A DNA stretch of 64,000 bases, taken from positions 145,383 to 209,382 of the forward strand of contig CAVPCP010000021.1 of assembly GCA_963702415.1 (NCBI GenBank), written 5' to 3'. The translations under genes were made by a program, and so were the position numbers. Source of the DNA: an uncultured Bacteroidales bacterium (GTDB lineage Bacteria; Bacteroidota; Bacteroidia; Bacteroidales; VadinHA17). Under the pieces are notes generated by a model. That model did not search any database. It was not told the origin of the DNA and worked only from the letters and a program-made list of their open reading frames with translations. This document shows positions 32,569 to 42,107 of this stretch, one piece after another (position 1 is the first letter of the stretch; the number at the start of each line of letters is the position of its first letter).

Positions 32569-33654
32569 ATGAAAAGATTAACAACACTTATGGTTTTACT
32601 TACCCTCATTCTTGGTTCATGTGAAAAAGAAAACTTTAAAGAGGGGCGGGAGTTCAATGAGATGGCTGCCCTTAAACACAATTCTTATGTAATCCTTGAT
32701 TCCAAATCCGATGCAGCCGGGATGCCGGAACTGACAATTTCCAAAAACGGAGTTGTTCAGGAAGAATCACTGGCAAGATTGTTTTGCAAGGAGGCTTCAT
32801 TTGACCTCATTGCAGGCCAGCATATAAATACAGGTAACGTTATCGTTTCCAACGATAATATGAACATGTACGTCACATATAAATCTGGTAATGGCTGGAA
32901 GATAAAAGAGATTCATCTCTATGCCGGTACTTTCGAAAATATACCTGTAAACAAACAAGGTGTACCTGTTCCGGGTCAGTTCCCTGTTAAAGAGTCCTTT
33001 AATCCACCAGTCGAAATGGTGACCTACGAAATTCCACTTGCAAACCTGCCCGAATGTCCCTTTGTGCTGGCCCATGCGGTTGTTGCTAAAGATGGACAGG
33101 AAGAGACTGCCTGGGGCAAAGGAGAACTATCCTTTGAAGAAGCATTTGATATTAGCCGATGGGGTTGGATGATGAATTTTTGCCCTGAAAAATGTGACGG
33201 CAAGGAACTGGTTATCGGTTTGAAATCTTATGTAGCTGATCCAAAAACGTATATCCCTGAAAATGGCAATCACCTTTGGTGGGTTGTCGCTAAAGGTGAA
33301 GGTTCAGTTGAGAACTGCCTGTCGCTTGGTTTCAATACTTTTAATACTCTTCAGACCGGGTCATCTGTGTACGACCTTATCAAATGGGGTGGTTTTGATG
33401 CCAAAGCCGGAACCATGACGGTTTTCACTACCGAAGAAAACAATATCAGGTATCTTAATGTGGTGATTGATCTTGATGACGAGACTCTGGCATTTGCCAA
33501 ATCATATCTGTATGTCGGATCAGAGGATGGTCTTGATAAATACCGTTATGTTTATCTTAATAAGGAATGTTTCAGATTTTATGAATGGTTTTTCCAAAAC
33601 GGGGAGATCTTAAATACCAAAACTTTCAAAATCGCATTAACAGATATAAAATAA
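32569..33654 (+). CDS. Hypothetical lipoprotein
   Basis: Lipobox LGSC; LIAGQH, HLYAG, PGQFP, ETAWG motifs. Confidence 0.75.
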   Translation: MKRLTTLMVLLTLILGSCEKENFKEGREFNEMAALKHNSYVILDSKSDAAGMPELTISKNGVVQEESLARLFCKEASFDLIAGQHINTGNVIVSNDNMNMYVTYKSGNGWKIKEIHLYAGTFENIPVNKQGVPVPGQFPVKESFNPPVEMVTYEIPLANLPECPFVLAHAVVAKDGQEETAWGKGELSFEEAFDISRWGWMMNFCPEKCDGKELVIGLKSYVADPKTYIPENGNHLWWVVAKGEGSVENCLSLGFNTFNTLQTGSSVYDLIKWGGFDAKAGTMTVFTTEENNIRYLNVVIDLDDETLAFAKSYLYVGSEDGLDKYRYVYLNKECFRFYEWFFQNGEILNTKTFKIALTDIK

Positions 33655-33680
33655 AAGTAATTCTGTTTTGTGCTAATTTC

Positions 33681-33713
33681 AGAAAGGAGGGAGATTCAAA
33701 ATCCCTCCTTTCT
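33681..33713 (+). terminator. Intrinsic terminator-like hairpin
   Basis: AGAAAGGAGGGA...TCCCTCCTTTCT directly after the CDS. Confidence 0.7.
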
Positions 33714-34115
33714 TATTTAGCCATTAAAATTAAGCCGGGCAATGGTATGCGACTTACCATAATTCAGGAAAATTTACAGCAGAATCAATACATGAGATCA
33801 GAGTAGTAAAATTAATCTGACGAAATATTTTGGCCGCTGCTTTTAATCTGAATAAGTTATTCATAAAACGAAAGAAATTGCTTCAGATTGAAATTTCACT
33901 TCATGTATTTCAACCTAACTTTATATTAACACATTCAGCTGATTGAATGACGAAAGTGAAAATGATTGAAAGGATGCTGGTTCCACTGATCAAAGGATTA
34001 GGTTAATAGGGTAACTTCTCGTCATTTTGTTCGGGCCAGCCTCCTTTTTTCTTTCTGCTTCTGTTTGTAAATTACAATAAGACTCATGTATAATTTTTTC
34101 TAAAATCTTAAAACT

Positions 34116-34445
34116 ATGAAAACTAAAGTATTTATTCTGTTATGCCTCTTTATAGGCATTGGATTGAATCAACTTTCAGCCCAAAATGGCAAGAATGGTT
34201 CCGGAATAGTCAGATTTGATTTCTCAGTTACGGGTAAGTTTTTTCCAGTATTCTGTGAAGGTGCTGTTGTTGATTTATTGTATAGTCCTGACGGCTGGAC
34301 CTGTTATACAACTCAACATTATGTAAATGGCGAATTGACATGGTATAGAGACAAGCCAAACAAGGACGTTCAGATGGTCAGTATGAACACAGGAGAGGTC
34401 TTCAGCCTTGGGGGAGGAATGGACCTTCAACACTTCTTCCCTTGA
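34116..34445 (+). CDS. Exported protein (MKTK...QLSAQ family), possibly C-terminally truncated
   Basis: Signal peptide very similar to that at 42526; shares C.G, (N/D)GEL and TGE(V/I)F motifs. Confidence 0.6.
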   Translation: MKTKVFILLCLFIGIGLNQLSAQNGKNGSGIVRFDFSVTGKFFPVFCEGAVVDLLYSPDGWTCYTTQHYVNGELTWYRDKPNKDVQMVSMNTGEVFSLGGGMDLQHFFP

Positions 34446-34534
34446 TTTTGTCTTGCATAATTATCAAAGACGTAAATACCAGCGATCGTGACCATTTATT
34501 GTCGTCGCATTCTGACCTCTGAAAGTTGGAGTAA

Positions 34535-34736
34535 AATCAAACTTAGAGAAGCAGGTACAACACATTGGGTGTCTCCTAATCCAAATTCTGGTACAGCGAA
34601 CATAAGTGGGTTCACAGGATTACCAGCAGGTAGCCGACAATATTTTGACGTAAGTTTCTTTGGTATTAATTATTACACCCATTGGTGGAGTTCTGATACA
34701 GACGAGGATGACGAAAATTATGCCTGGGTAAGTTGA
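34535..34736 (+). pseudogene. Orphan internal/3' fragment of a FISUMP-domain gene
   Basis: KLREAGTTHWVSPN...SGFTGLPAGSR...WWSS...AW parallels the C-terminus of 34823..36082. Confidence 0.75.
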
Positions 34737-34822
34737 AAATAAATTTGACTTGTATAGTATTTGTCTCGTAACTTTAATAAAGGTAAAACTGAAATTTTCC
34801 CTTAAATCTAAAACTATCCCCC

Positions 34823-36082
34823 ATGCACCACTCATTTAGAATTATCGTAATTCCAATCGTGCTGATAGGATTAACCTTATGTCTTACGTCCTGTAAACCG
34901 AAGCCAACCCTGGCTGTTGTGACAACCACTAATGTGACTGACAAAACACAGACAACTGCAACCTCAGGAGGAAATGTGACAAGCGATGGAAATGTTGAGG
35001 TAACTGCCCGTGGTATCTGTTGGGGTACTTCGCAGAATCCGACAACCGGTTCCAGTAAAACAAGCGATGGGACAGGAACAGGTACTTTTACCAGCAGTAT
35101 AACCGGATTAACACCCGGCACCAACTATTTTGTCAGGGCATATGCAACCAATAGTGAAGGTACTGCCTATGGTAGCGAGGTTTCATTCAGTTCAAATCCT
35201 GTACTCCTGGCAACTCTGACAACGACTACTGCTACTTCAATTACTCAAACAACTGCAGTTTCAGGGGGTACCGTTGCATCTGATGGTGGGGGAGCAATTA
35301 CAGCAAGAGGTGTATGCTGGGGCACAGCATCAGCTCCTTTGGCTACAGGATTACATACAACTGAGATTGGAACCACGGGTACCTTTACAAGTAACCTGAC
35401 CGGATTAACTGCAAATACAAAGTATTATATAAGAGCCTACGCCATTAATGGTGCAGGCACAGCTTATGGAGATGAAAAATCATTTACGACGGACCAACTT
35501 AAAGATGCTGATGGTAACCTTTATTCAACTGTAACTATTGGTACGCAGGTTTGGATGGTTGAAAACCTTAAGACAACCAAATATAATGATAATACAGCAA
35601 TCCCCTTTGTTACTGACGACATTGCATGGAGTTTACTAACCTCTCCAGGCTATTGTTGGTATGATAATGATGCTACAACTTACAAAACACCTTATGGTGC
35701 ATTATATAATTGGTATGCAGTTAATACAGGAAAGTTATGTCCTGAGGGGTGGCATGTTCCATTACATACAGAATGGACTCTGTTAGTTACTTTTCTGGGA
35801 GGTGAAGGTTCTGCCGGTACTAAATTGAGGGAAGCGGGCACGGCACATTGGATTAATCAGCCTAGTCCGGAGGCAACTAATGAAACTGGATTTACAGCCT
35901 TGCCTGGCGGAGCCCGTGAAACAAATTGCTATACTTTAGGTCAGCAGGGATTCTGGTGGAGTTCAACGGAAGCTGATGTCACCACTGCATGGTGCAGATA
36001 CCTACTTTATAGCGATATCAGGTTTAGCTATCAAGCTTACTCAAAGCCTGCAGGTTATTCAGTCCGTTGTATTAAGGATTGA
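34823..36082 (+). CDS. FN3-like repeats plus FISUMP (Fibrobacter succinogenes major paralogous) domain lipoprotein
   Basis: Lipobox LTSC; YFVRAYATN; DADGNLY.TV.IGTQVWMVENL; YGALYNWYAV; SVRCIKD. Confidence 0.88.
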   Translation: MHHSFRIIVIPIVLIGLTLCLTSCKPKPTLAVVTTTNVTDKTQTTATSGGNVTSDGNVEVTARGICWGTSQNPTTGSSKTSDGTGTGTFTSSITGLTPGTNYFVRAYATNSEGTAYGSEVSFSSNPVLLATLTTTTATSITQTTAVSGGTVASDGGGAITARGVCWGTASAPLATGLHTTEIGTTGTFTSNLTGLTANTKYYIRAYAINGAGTAYGDEKSFTTDQLKDADGNLYSTVTIGTQVWMVENLKTTKYNDNTAIPFVTDDIAWSLLTSPGYCWYDNDATTYKTPYGALYNWYAVNTGKLCPEGWHVPLHTEWTLLVTFLGGEGSAGTKLREAGTAHWINQPSPEATNETGFTALPGGARETNCYTLGQQGFWWSSTEADVTTAWCRYLLYSDIRFSYQAYSKPAGYSVRCIKD

Positions 36083-36109
36083 CCATTTGTTACAATAACT
36101 TATCACCAA

Positions 36110-36191
36110 CCCCCGGAAATCAGCTTCGGGGGCTTTGTAATTATTATCAGGGAAATAAAATTTACTTTGGCTTTTTGCTGGTTTAAATTCG
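36110..36191 (+). repeat. Cassette boundary: hairpin T plus promoter P variant
   Basis: CCCCCGGAAATCAGCTTCGGGGGCTTT, then TTTACTTTGG...TAAATTCG. Confidence 0.8.
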
Positions 36192-36211
36192 TTTTTTAAA
36201 TCCTAAAAGGT

Positions 36212-36412
36212 ATGAAGACAAAAAAAGTCCTGTATAGATTATTTTTTGTTTTGCTGCTTCTCTTTGTTTTAAGTTTCAATTCGTGTAAAAAGAAAAAGAA
36301 ATGCTACTGGTGCGGTGAGCCTGATAGTAATATTTTTTACTATGAAAAGGTATGTGATGAGTCAGGGCTGAACTATCATTTATCGCATGGTGATGAATGC
36401 CTTGGTTGGTAA
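36212..36412 (+). CDS. Small Cys-rich lipoprotein
   Basis: FNSCKKKKKCYWC...VCDESGLNY...GDEC; paralog of 44727..44930. Confidence 0.65.
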   Translation: MKTKKVLYRLFFVLLLLFVLSFNSCKKKKKCYWCGEPDSNIFYYEKVCDESGLNYHLSHGDECLGW

Positions 36413-36430
36413 GAGGATAAGCATAGTCGG

Positions 36431-36708
36431 TATTTTACCTGACGTGTCCTTATAGGTGTCTTCCGGTGCAGCCATAACAGACAAAATTGATAGTAAAGTA
36501 TCAATCAGACTATATACCTTCATAATGTAAACATACTGATGCCATACGACATAAATTCAGAAAAGATATATTTGGAATTAATCCGATGACATCAGCCATT
36601 TTCCCGCTTTTAGGCTAAAATTCCCTGAAAATGTAACAAAAGTGCTATTTTTTGATACAAATGAGGTGGTTTTTGTCATTTGGGTGGTCGAACTTTGTAT
36701 AAGAATTC
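36431..36708 (+). repeat. Spacer/promoter module B (also ~41750-42010, 43668-43775, ~46770-46990, 53941-54190; 5' half at 60173-60290)
   Basis: Shared TATATACCCTCATAATGTA, TCAGAAAAGATATATTTGGA, CAGCCATTTTCCCG, ACAAAAGTG and TTGTCAT-N10-GAACTTTG. Confidence 0.8.
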
Positions 36709-36743
36709 ACTTAGACTATTCAGCTAATAAAACAAAACTTTAT

Positions 36744-37814
36744 ATGAAAAAGATAATCTTACCTCCGATTTTCCTGCTAGGTTTATTATTCCAGCCTGCA
36801 TTTGCCCAGATTGACCCGGTGAATGCTAAGTTTGTAGTTAAGGATACACAGAACCTGAACATCAGACTTTTTGACAGTAATGACCCATTTGAGATATCTC
36901 TCAGATTCGATATTACCACCTATAAAAGGGAAAGGTCTGACACTAATTATCTTGATGCTATCCTTACATATCATACAACTAAAACTGATTCTATTAACAA
37001 GAAAATAAAGCTTAAGGCCAGAGGGGAAATCGTACGAACAACAATATGTGATTTGCCTCCGATGAGTCTGAATTTTAAGCTTAAGGATACGATCGGAGGT
37101 GAATTTACTGGAATAGATGAGCTGAAGATTATGACGTATTGCAATCTTGGTTATGAGGATTACATTCTGAGGGAATATCTGATTTACAGACTATATAATT
37201 TACTGACTGATAACAGCTTAAAAGTAAGGCTATTAAGAATCAACTTTATTAATACGGCAAAAGAAAGCAAGCCCATCAGACAGTACGGATTTGCGATAGA
37301 ACCAGTAAAACTAATGGCCAATAGAACAAATACACTTGAAATAAAACCTGTAACCCTGAGCCAGAAAAACATCAAGCCTGAAATGCTGGACCGTTTCGCA
37401 ATATTTAATTTAATGATTGGCAATACAGACTGGTCGGTATCAAATCAGCACAATACCCTGATCCTTTCCCAACCAGGATCAGCACAACCTGAGCTTTATG
37501 TAATAGTTCCTTTCGAATTTGACTACTCGGGTCTAGTTAATGCTGATTATGCTGTTCCACACGAAAATCTGCCCATCAAGACGGTGCGAGAAAGGCTTTA
37601 TATGGGTATGTGCAGAAGTGAAGAGGTTTATAAAAATGAAGTCAGGGAATTTGCAGAAAAAAAGGATGATTTTTATAAGCTGATTAATGATTTTCCATAT
37701 CTCAATCCAAGATCAAAAGAGGATATGATAAACTACCTGAACGGATTTTTTGATATGTTCGATAAACATAATTCTATAGTTCACGATATGCTTAACCAGT
37801 GCAAGGATCTTTGA
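36744..37814 (+). CDS. Exported CotH-like atypical kinase-fold protein
   Basis: KARG, EYLIYRLYN, MIGNTDWS...HN, VPFEFDYSG; signal peptide at MKKII. Confidence 0.6.
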   Translation: MKKIILPPIFLLGLLFQPAFAQIDPVNAKFVVKDTQNLNIRLFDSNDPFEISLRFDITTYKRERSDTNYLDAILTYHTTKTDSINKKIKLKARGEIVRTTICDLPPMSLNFKLKDTIGGEFTGIDELKIMTYCNLGYEDYILREYLIYRLYNLLTDNSLKVRLLRINFINTAKESKPIRQYGFAIEPVKLMANRTNTLEIKPVTLSQKNIKPEMLDRFAIFNLMIGNTDWSVSNQHNTLILSQPGSAQPELYVIVPFEFDYSGLVNADYAVPHENLPIKTVRERLYMGMCRSEEVYKNEVREFAEKKDDFYKLINDFPYLNPRSKEDMINYLNGFFDMFDKHNSIVHDMLNQCKDL

Positions 37815-37853
37815 AAAGCCAATATACTTTTAGGACTTTTATCCTTCTTTTAA

Positions 37854-37930
37854 ATGTATGTTAGAGCCTATACTACAAATAGTTCTGATATTTCATATGG
37901 AAATGAAATTACATTAACAACCAGCCCGCA
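37854..37930 (+). pseudogene. Orphan FN3-like fragment of a FISUMP-type gene
   Basis: Reads YVRAYTTNSSDISYGNEITLTT; compare FVRAYATNSEGTAYGSEVSFSS in 34823..36082. Confidence 0.65.
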
Positions 37931-37936
37931 GTTGAT

Positions 37937-38007
37937 GCCCTCCGAAATCACTTCCGGTGTTTTTTGTAAAATTAAATTGACTTTGGTTTTTTACTGGTAT
38001 AACTTTG
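37937..38007 (+). repeat. Cassette boundary: hairpin T plus promoter P
   Basis: GCCCTCCGAAATCACTTCCGGTGTTTTTT; TTGAC at 37977, TAACTTTG at 38000. Confidence 0.75.
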
Positions 38008-38028
38008 GTTAAACAAAAAAAAAGGATC

Positions 38029-39048
38029 ATGAAACAAGCATTGTTAATATTATTTGTTGGTATTTATTTTCAGCTTTCCTGTTCTGATTATAAACCAAAT
38101 GTTAAGCCCCTGAATGATCTGGACAGAATGAAGTTAAAAGGAGATGTCAGATCCCTGACCGTAGCAATTTACAAGGCAGTGGAAAAGCCTGAAGGAATTA
38201 TAAAGAAGGGATTTGTATCCAAATTTAATTACCTGTTTAATGAATATGGGTATATGACTGAATCAGTGTACTTTAAATCAGATAGCGGTCAAGATGCAAA
38301 AACAACCTGCAAGTATGATGAGAAAGGAAATATTATTGAAAAAGTTACAACTAATAATGCTGATGATCTTTTGAGTAAAACTATCCTAAAGTATGATGAA
38401 AAAGGAAATTTAATTGAAACTGCTTATTTAAATAATACAGGTGATTTAATATATAAAGAAATTTTAAAATACGATGAGAAAGGGAATGCAATTGAAAGGG
38501 ATCGTAACAGATCAGATGACAGTCCGGGGGAAATAAGTCTATACTATGATGAAGAAGAGGGAAAATTTAAAAGAAATCATTTCAGACCAACCGGAAGCCA
38601 AAATACTAAATCAACTTATGAATATGATGAAAAAGGAAATCAGGTTAGTGAAAGATTTTACTTATCAGATGGTAGTTTATCCTCTAAACGAATTAATAAA
38701 TATGATGAAGAAGGCAATAAAATTGAGACTAATGTTTTTAGTTCAACCGATACATTAAAATTTAAACAGACCTTTAAATATGATGGAAAGGGGAACATAA
38801 TTGAGGAGAACCAGGGTAAGTCAGATTCTGATATGGAACTGGCTCACAGTTATAAATATGATGAAAAAGGAAATATAGTTGAGGAAATTATCAATTATGG
38901 CCTCAGGATTTCAAAAGCTACTTATAAATACGACAAATATGACAGTTTTGGAAATTGGCTTAGTCAAACAAGGGAAGAGTCTTCAATGAATACGGGAAAA
39001 GTGTACTCAAAAATTATTACAGAAAGAATAATTGAATACTCAAAATAG
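38029..39048 (+). CDS. YD-repeat (RHS-like repeat) lipoprotein
   Basis: Lipobox QLSC; LKG.V.S; many YDEKGN repeats; ends ITERIIEY. Confidence 0.8.
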   Translation: MKQALLILFVGIYFQLSCSDYKPNVKPLNDLDRMKLKGDVRSLTVAIYKAVEKPEGIIKKGFVSKFNYLFNEYGYMTESVYFKSDSGQDAKTTCKYDEKGNIIEKVTTNNADDLLSKTILKYDEKGNLIETAYLNNTGDLIYKEILKYDEKGNAIERDRNRSDDSPGEISLYYDEEEGKFKRNHFRPTGSQNTKSTYEYDEKGNQVSERFYLSDGSLSSKRINKYDEEGNKIETNVFSSTDTLKFKQTFKYDGKGNIIEENQGKSDSDMELAHSYKYDEKGNIVEEIINYGLRISKATYKYDKYDSFGNWLSQTREESSMNTGKVYSKIITERIIEYSK

Positions 39049-39062
39049 TCTGAGTTACTCAA

Positions 39063-39442
39063 GACCGCGCATCAGTTCCTGAGGCTTTTACTAAATATAA
39101 TTGACTTTGGTATTTAACTTTTACTGTGAAAATATATTTGACTTGTATTATTAGGGGTTGTAACTTTGTTAATCTCTATAATTTAATGTCTAACACGAGA
39201 CATCGTGCTTTTCTAACCCAATTCGGGGCGGTACGTCAATAAACCAAAGCGATCAATCAGGTGAAATGAAAAGTCATTTTTCCTCTTGTCATTGATGTTT
39301 GTATTAATAGGTCTTTCCTGAAATCAGGAGCACTTTCATAACCGGACTTTGTATTTGAATTTATTTAATAAGAATCACTGAAATTGGTATTGCAAACTAT
39401 TATTTCTAATCTCTTTTTATTAACCAAAATCTTACTGTTATG
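39063..39442 (+). repeat. Degenerate hairpin T plus promoter P plus long leader E (copy 2 at 59255-59570)
   Basis: TTGAC at 39138, TAACTTTG at 39161; ~310 bp closely similar to 59255-59570. Confidence 0.8.
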
Positions 39443-39913
39443 AAAACATTAAAGATTCTTTGTGCACTATGCATTATGCTTGGATTTGCGGCATCAGCAA
39501 ACTCCCAGGGTAAAGTAAAACAGGTCGAAAGGCCATTTAAAGGCACATTTCATGGCAAGGTTGTCGAAACATATCCAACTACTGAGGTAATGTCAATAAC
39601 CGGCAATGCATCGCATTTCGGAATAATTAGGAACAGCGAAATGACATTAGTTCGACCAACACCGCCTCCACCGTTAATTTCTACTTTTAACGGAATTTTA
39701 ATAGCTGCAAACGGCGATTATGTTAATTTCAATGGCAGTTGTAATATGACAATTACTAACCCACCTGCTGGTGGCACAATGATGGGGACAATTTATATCA
39801 CTGGGGGAAGCGGAAGATTCTCAGGCTGCACCGGAGAGGCTCTAATGACAGGGACATTCAGCATGTCAGAGGATTGGGCGGAGTGGACCCTCGATGGTAC
39901 TATAACTTATTAG
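39440..39913 (+). CDS. Exported small beta-rich protein
   Basis: Signal peptide; AANGD and GGSGRF.G.TG motifs shared with 43857..44435. Confidence 0.7.
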   Translation: MKTLKILCALCIMLGFAASANSQGKVKQVERPFKGTFHGKVVETYPTTEVMSITGNASHFGIIRNSEMTLVRPTPPPPLISTFNGILIAANGDYVNFNGSCNMTITNPPAGGTMMGTIYITGGSGRFSGCTGEALMTGTFSMSEDWAEWTLDGTITY

Positions 39914-39975
39914 TCAGTAATTATTTATAACTGTTCACTTTCTTCAATATTTTTCTGAAAAGAAGAACATATTAT

Positions 39976-40046
39976 CCTCCCGGAAATCAGCTCCGGGGCT
40001 TCCCTTTAAATAAAGTTGACTTTGGTTTAAACAAGGTGTAACTTAG
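39976..40046 (+). repeat. Cassette boundary: hairpin T plus promoter P
   Basis: CCTCCCGGAAATCAGCTCCGGGGCTT; TTGAC at 40016, TAACTTAG at 40039. Confidence 0.8.
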
Positions 40047-40156
40047 CATAATTATTCACTTTTTTTGGCAGATAACAGAGTGCTTTTGTTAAGGATATAT
40101 TGGTTAGCGGCATCCATAAAGACAACACTAATGCTACGTCAAAGCAAATAAATCAA

Positions 40157-40627
40157 ATGAATATTATATTCAAGATAGCAAGTACCAATTTAGAGTTTGA
40201 CGATGGACGTGACTTATTTCGACAATACACAGACTCTCTTAACATTAATATGTATTCTAAAGATGTCTATCTTGAACTTTTATTGATAGACAAGCGATAC
40301 AATCTGCCAGATGGTGCGTTGCTTCTTGTTTATGATAATAATGTTGCGGTAGGTTGTGCGGCAATTCAGAAATTTAATAAAAACACGGCTGAATTGAAAC
40401 GATTCTTTGTTCAGACAAAATACAAGGGATATAAAATTGGTGTGAAATTATTGGAACTGGCATTTGACATTGCTAAAGAACTCAACTATAGCAGAATCAG
40501 ACTTGATGCAAGACCAGCTATAACACAAACACGAAGCCTGTTTCGTTCATTAGGTTTTTATGAAATACCACCTTATGGTTTCAATCCAACCGAAGAGACT
40601 ACTTTAATGGAAAAGACACTGGTTTGA
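40157..40627 (+). CDS. GNAT family N-acetyltransferase
   Basis: VGCAAI...AELKRFFV...KGYKIG..LL; IRLD...LFRSLGFYEI. Confidence 0.8.
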   Translation: MNIIFKIASTNLEFDDGRDLFRQYTDSLNINMYSKDVYLELLLIDKRYNLPDGALLLVYDNNVAVGCAAIQKFNKNTAELKRFFVQTKYKGYKIGVKLLELAFDIAKELNYSRIRLDARPAITQTRSLFRSLGFYEIPPYGFNPTEETTLMEKTLV

Positions 40628-40647
40628 TATCTGCCCCCGGATCAACA

Positions 40648-40803
40648 TTAGATATGCTCCTAACGGCATTGGCAGATCTGGAAAGTATTATGTAAAATAT
40701 TATAGTCAAGATGAATATGAGATTTATTTCAATTCAACTTTCGTTCTCAAGGCTATAATGGAAGGTTATCAGATTAGTAAAACAAGATATGATAATTTCC
40801 ATT
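40648..40803 (+). pseudogene. Internal fragment duplicated from gene 43119..43457
   Basis: 156 bp matching 43234-43389 with 6 mismatches by manual count. Confidence 0.9.
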
Positions 40804-40924
40804 AAACTGTTTGCTTTTGTATTATATTCTGTGTAACCACTACCGGTGGTGTTGACATGGTAAGTATGCTGAAAGGGGTTGATGTGCGGGGATAATTGAT
40901 TACTTAGTCGTTCTATCTGGCTGG

Positions 40925-41188
40925 TTACAGATACGGATCCCTTTGGTCCAGGATATGCTTCTCTTTTTTAAGAAGTTCGTCCTGACTTTCACAATGTTCA
41001 GGATCACTGGCTATTGCATCAACCGGACAAATCCTGATGCATTGCGGTTCATCAAAATCACCCACACATTCCGTACACAGATTAGGATCAATAACATAAA
41101 CCGAATCACTTTCCGAAATTGCATCATTGGGGCACACCTCGATACACAGGCCGCATGATATACAATCAACGCAAATCACGAAAGCCAT
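40925..41188 (-). CDS. YfhL-type 4Fe-4S dicluster ferredoxin
   Basis: CISCGLCIEVCP and CTECVG.FDEPQC...CPVD. Confidence 0.88.
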   Translation of the reverse strand: MAFVICVDCISCGLCIEVCPNDAISESDSVYVIDPNLCTECVGDFDEPQCIRICPVDAIASDPEHCESQDELLKKEKHILDQRDPYL

Positions 41189-41359
41189 ATTATACCTCCT
41201 AGTTTTAAACTACAGTTGTTAACAGTCTGCATTTTATCCAACTCCGTAAAGCATTAAACCGAAATCTATTTAAGCTTTCGATTAATCAATCAGCTGACTC
41301 ACTTCATAATATAAAAATAATAATATTTTCCCATTAATATTACAACTAATTGAAGATAA

Positions 41360-41520
41360 ATGGGAACAATTGAAGAAAGTGTTGTTTTAGTAGTGGATGA
41401 TTCTGATACAGAGCTTTACCCATTTTTACCCTATTTGCTGCAAGACCTTTGGAAATTGGGGCAGATCCCGATGCAATGATCAAACCTACAATTATGTTCA
41501 TGGGAAAGGCAGTTTCATGG
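41360..41520 (+). pseudogene. Decayed 5' part of a probable class I SAM-dependent methyltransferase gene
   Basis: MGTIEESVV..VDDSDTELYPFLPYLLQDLW, then after a frameshift EIGADPDAMIK and a GKAVS-like remnant; family recalled from memory. Confidence 0.45.
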
Positions 41521-42107
41521 TCCGACAGAGGAACTTAAATCAAAGGGCTTATTCTGTTTATCTTCATTAAACTCCGGCTAATTCATTTTAAAATACAAAA
41601 AATTCAAAAAGAGGCTGTTACAAGTATAGGCTCATGGGAAAAAAATTCTTGACTGATAATGAACACTTGTTTAATTTTATTAAGGCTTAGAAAAACAAAT
41701 GGGTATCGGGATACAATAATAAAGCAGTTAACCTGCCACCCTTTATGAGAACCCTTGGAATACCCTTGGAAGGTCGACAAACAAGCTAAAGTGACAGTCA
41801 GTTACCACTTAAATAATATACCCTCATAATGTACCAGTACTGATGCCATACGGCATAATTTCAGAAAAGATATATTTGGAATAGATCAAATGTCATCAGC
41901 TATTTTCCCGCTTTTCAGCTAAAATTCCCTGAAAATTTAACAAAAGTGTCAGAAAATGATACAAAAGTGGTAGAATTTGTCATTGGGGTAGCTGAACTTT
42001 GATAAGAATTTGGTTGATAATGATTGTAGAAATTTATGTTGCACATATTTCTTACTTCTTTTCATTCACTAAAAACTATCATTAGTGGGCATTAAATTAT
42101 TAAAGTT

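Noticed and set aside
38029..39048. RHS polymorphic toxin
   Set aside because: Short YD-repeat lipoprotein without an RHS core (PxxxxDPxG) or toxin tip.
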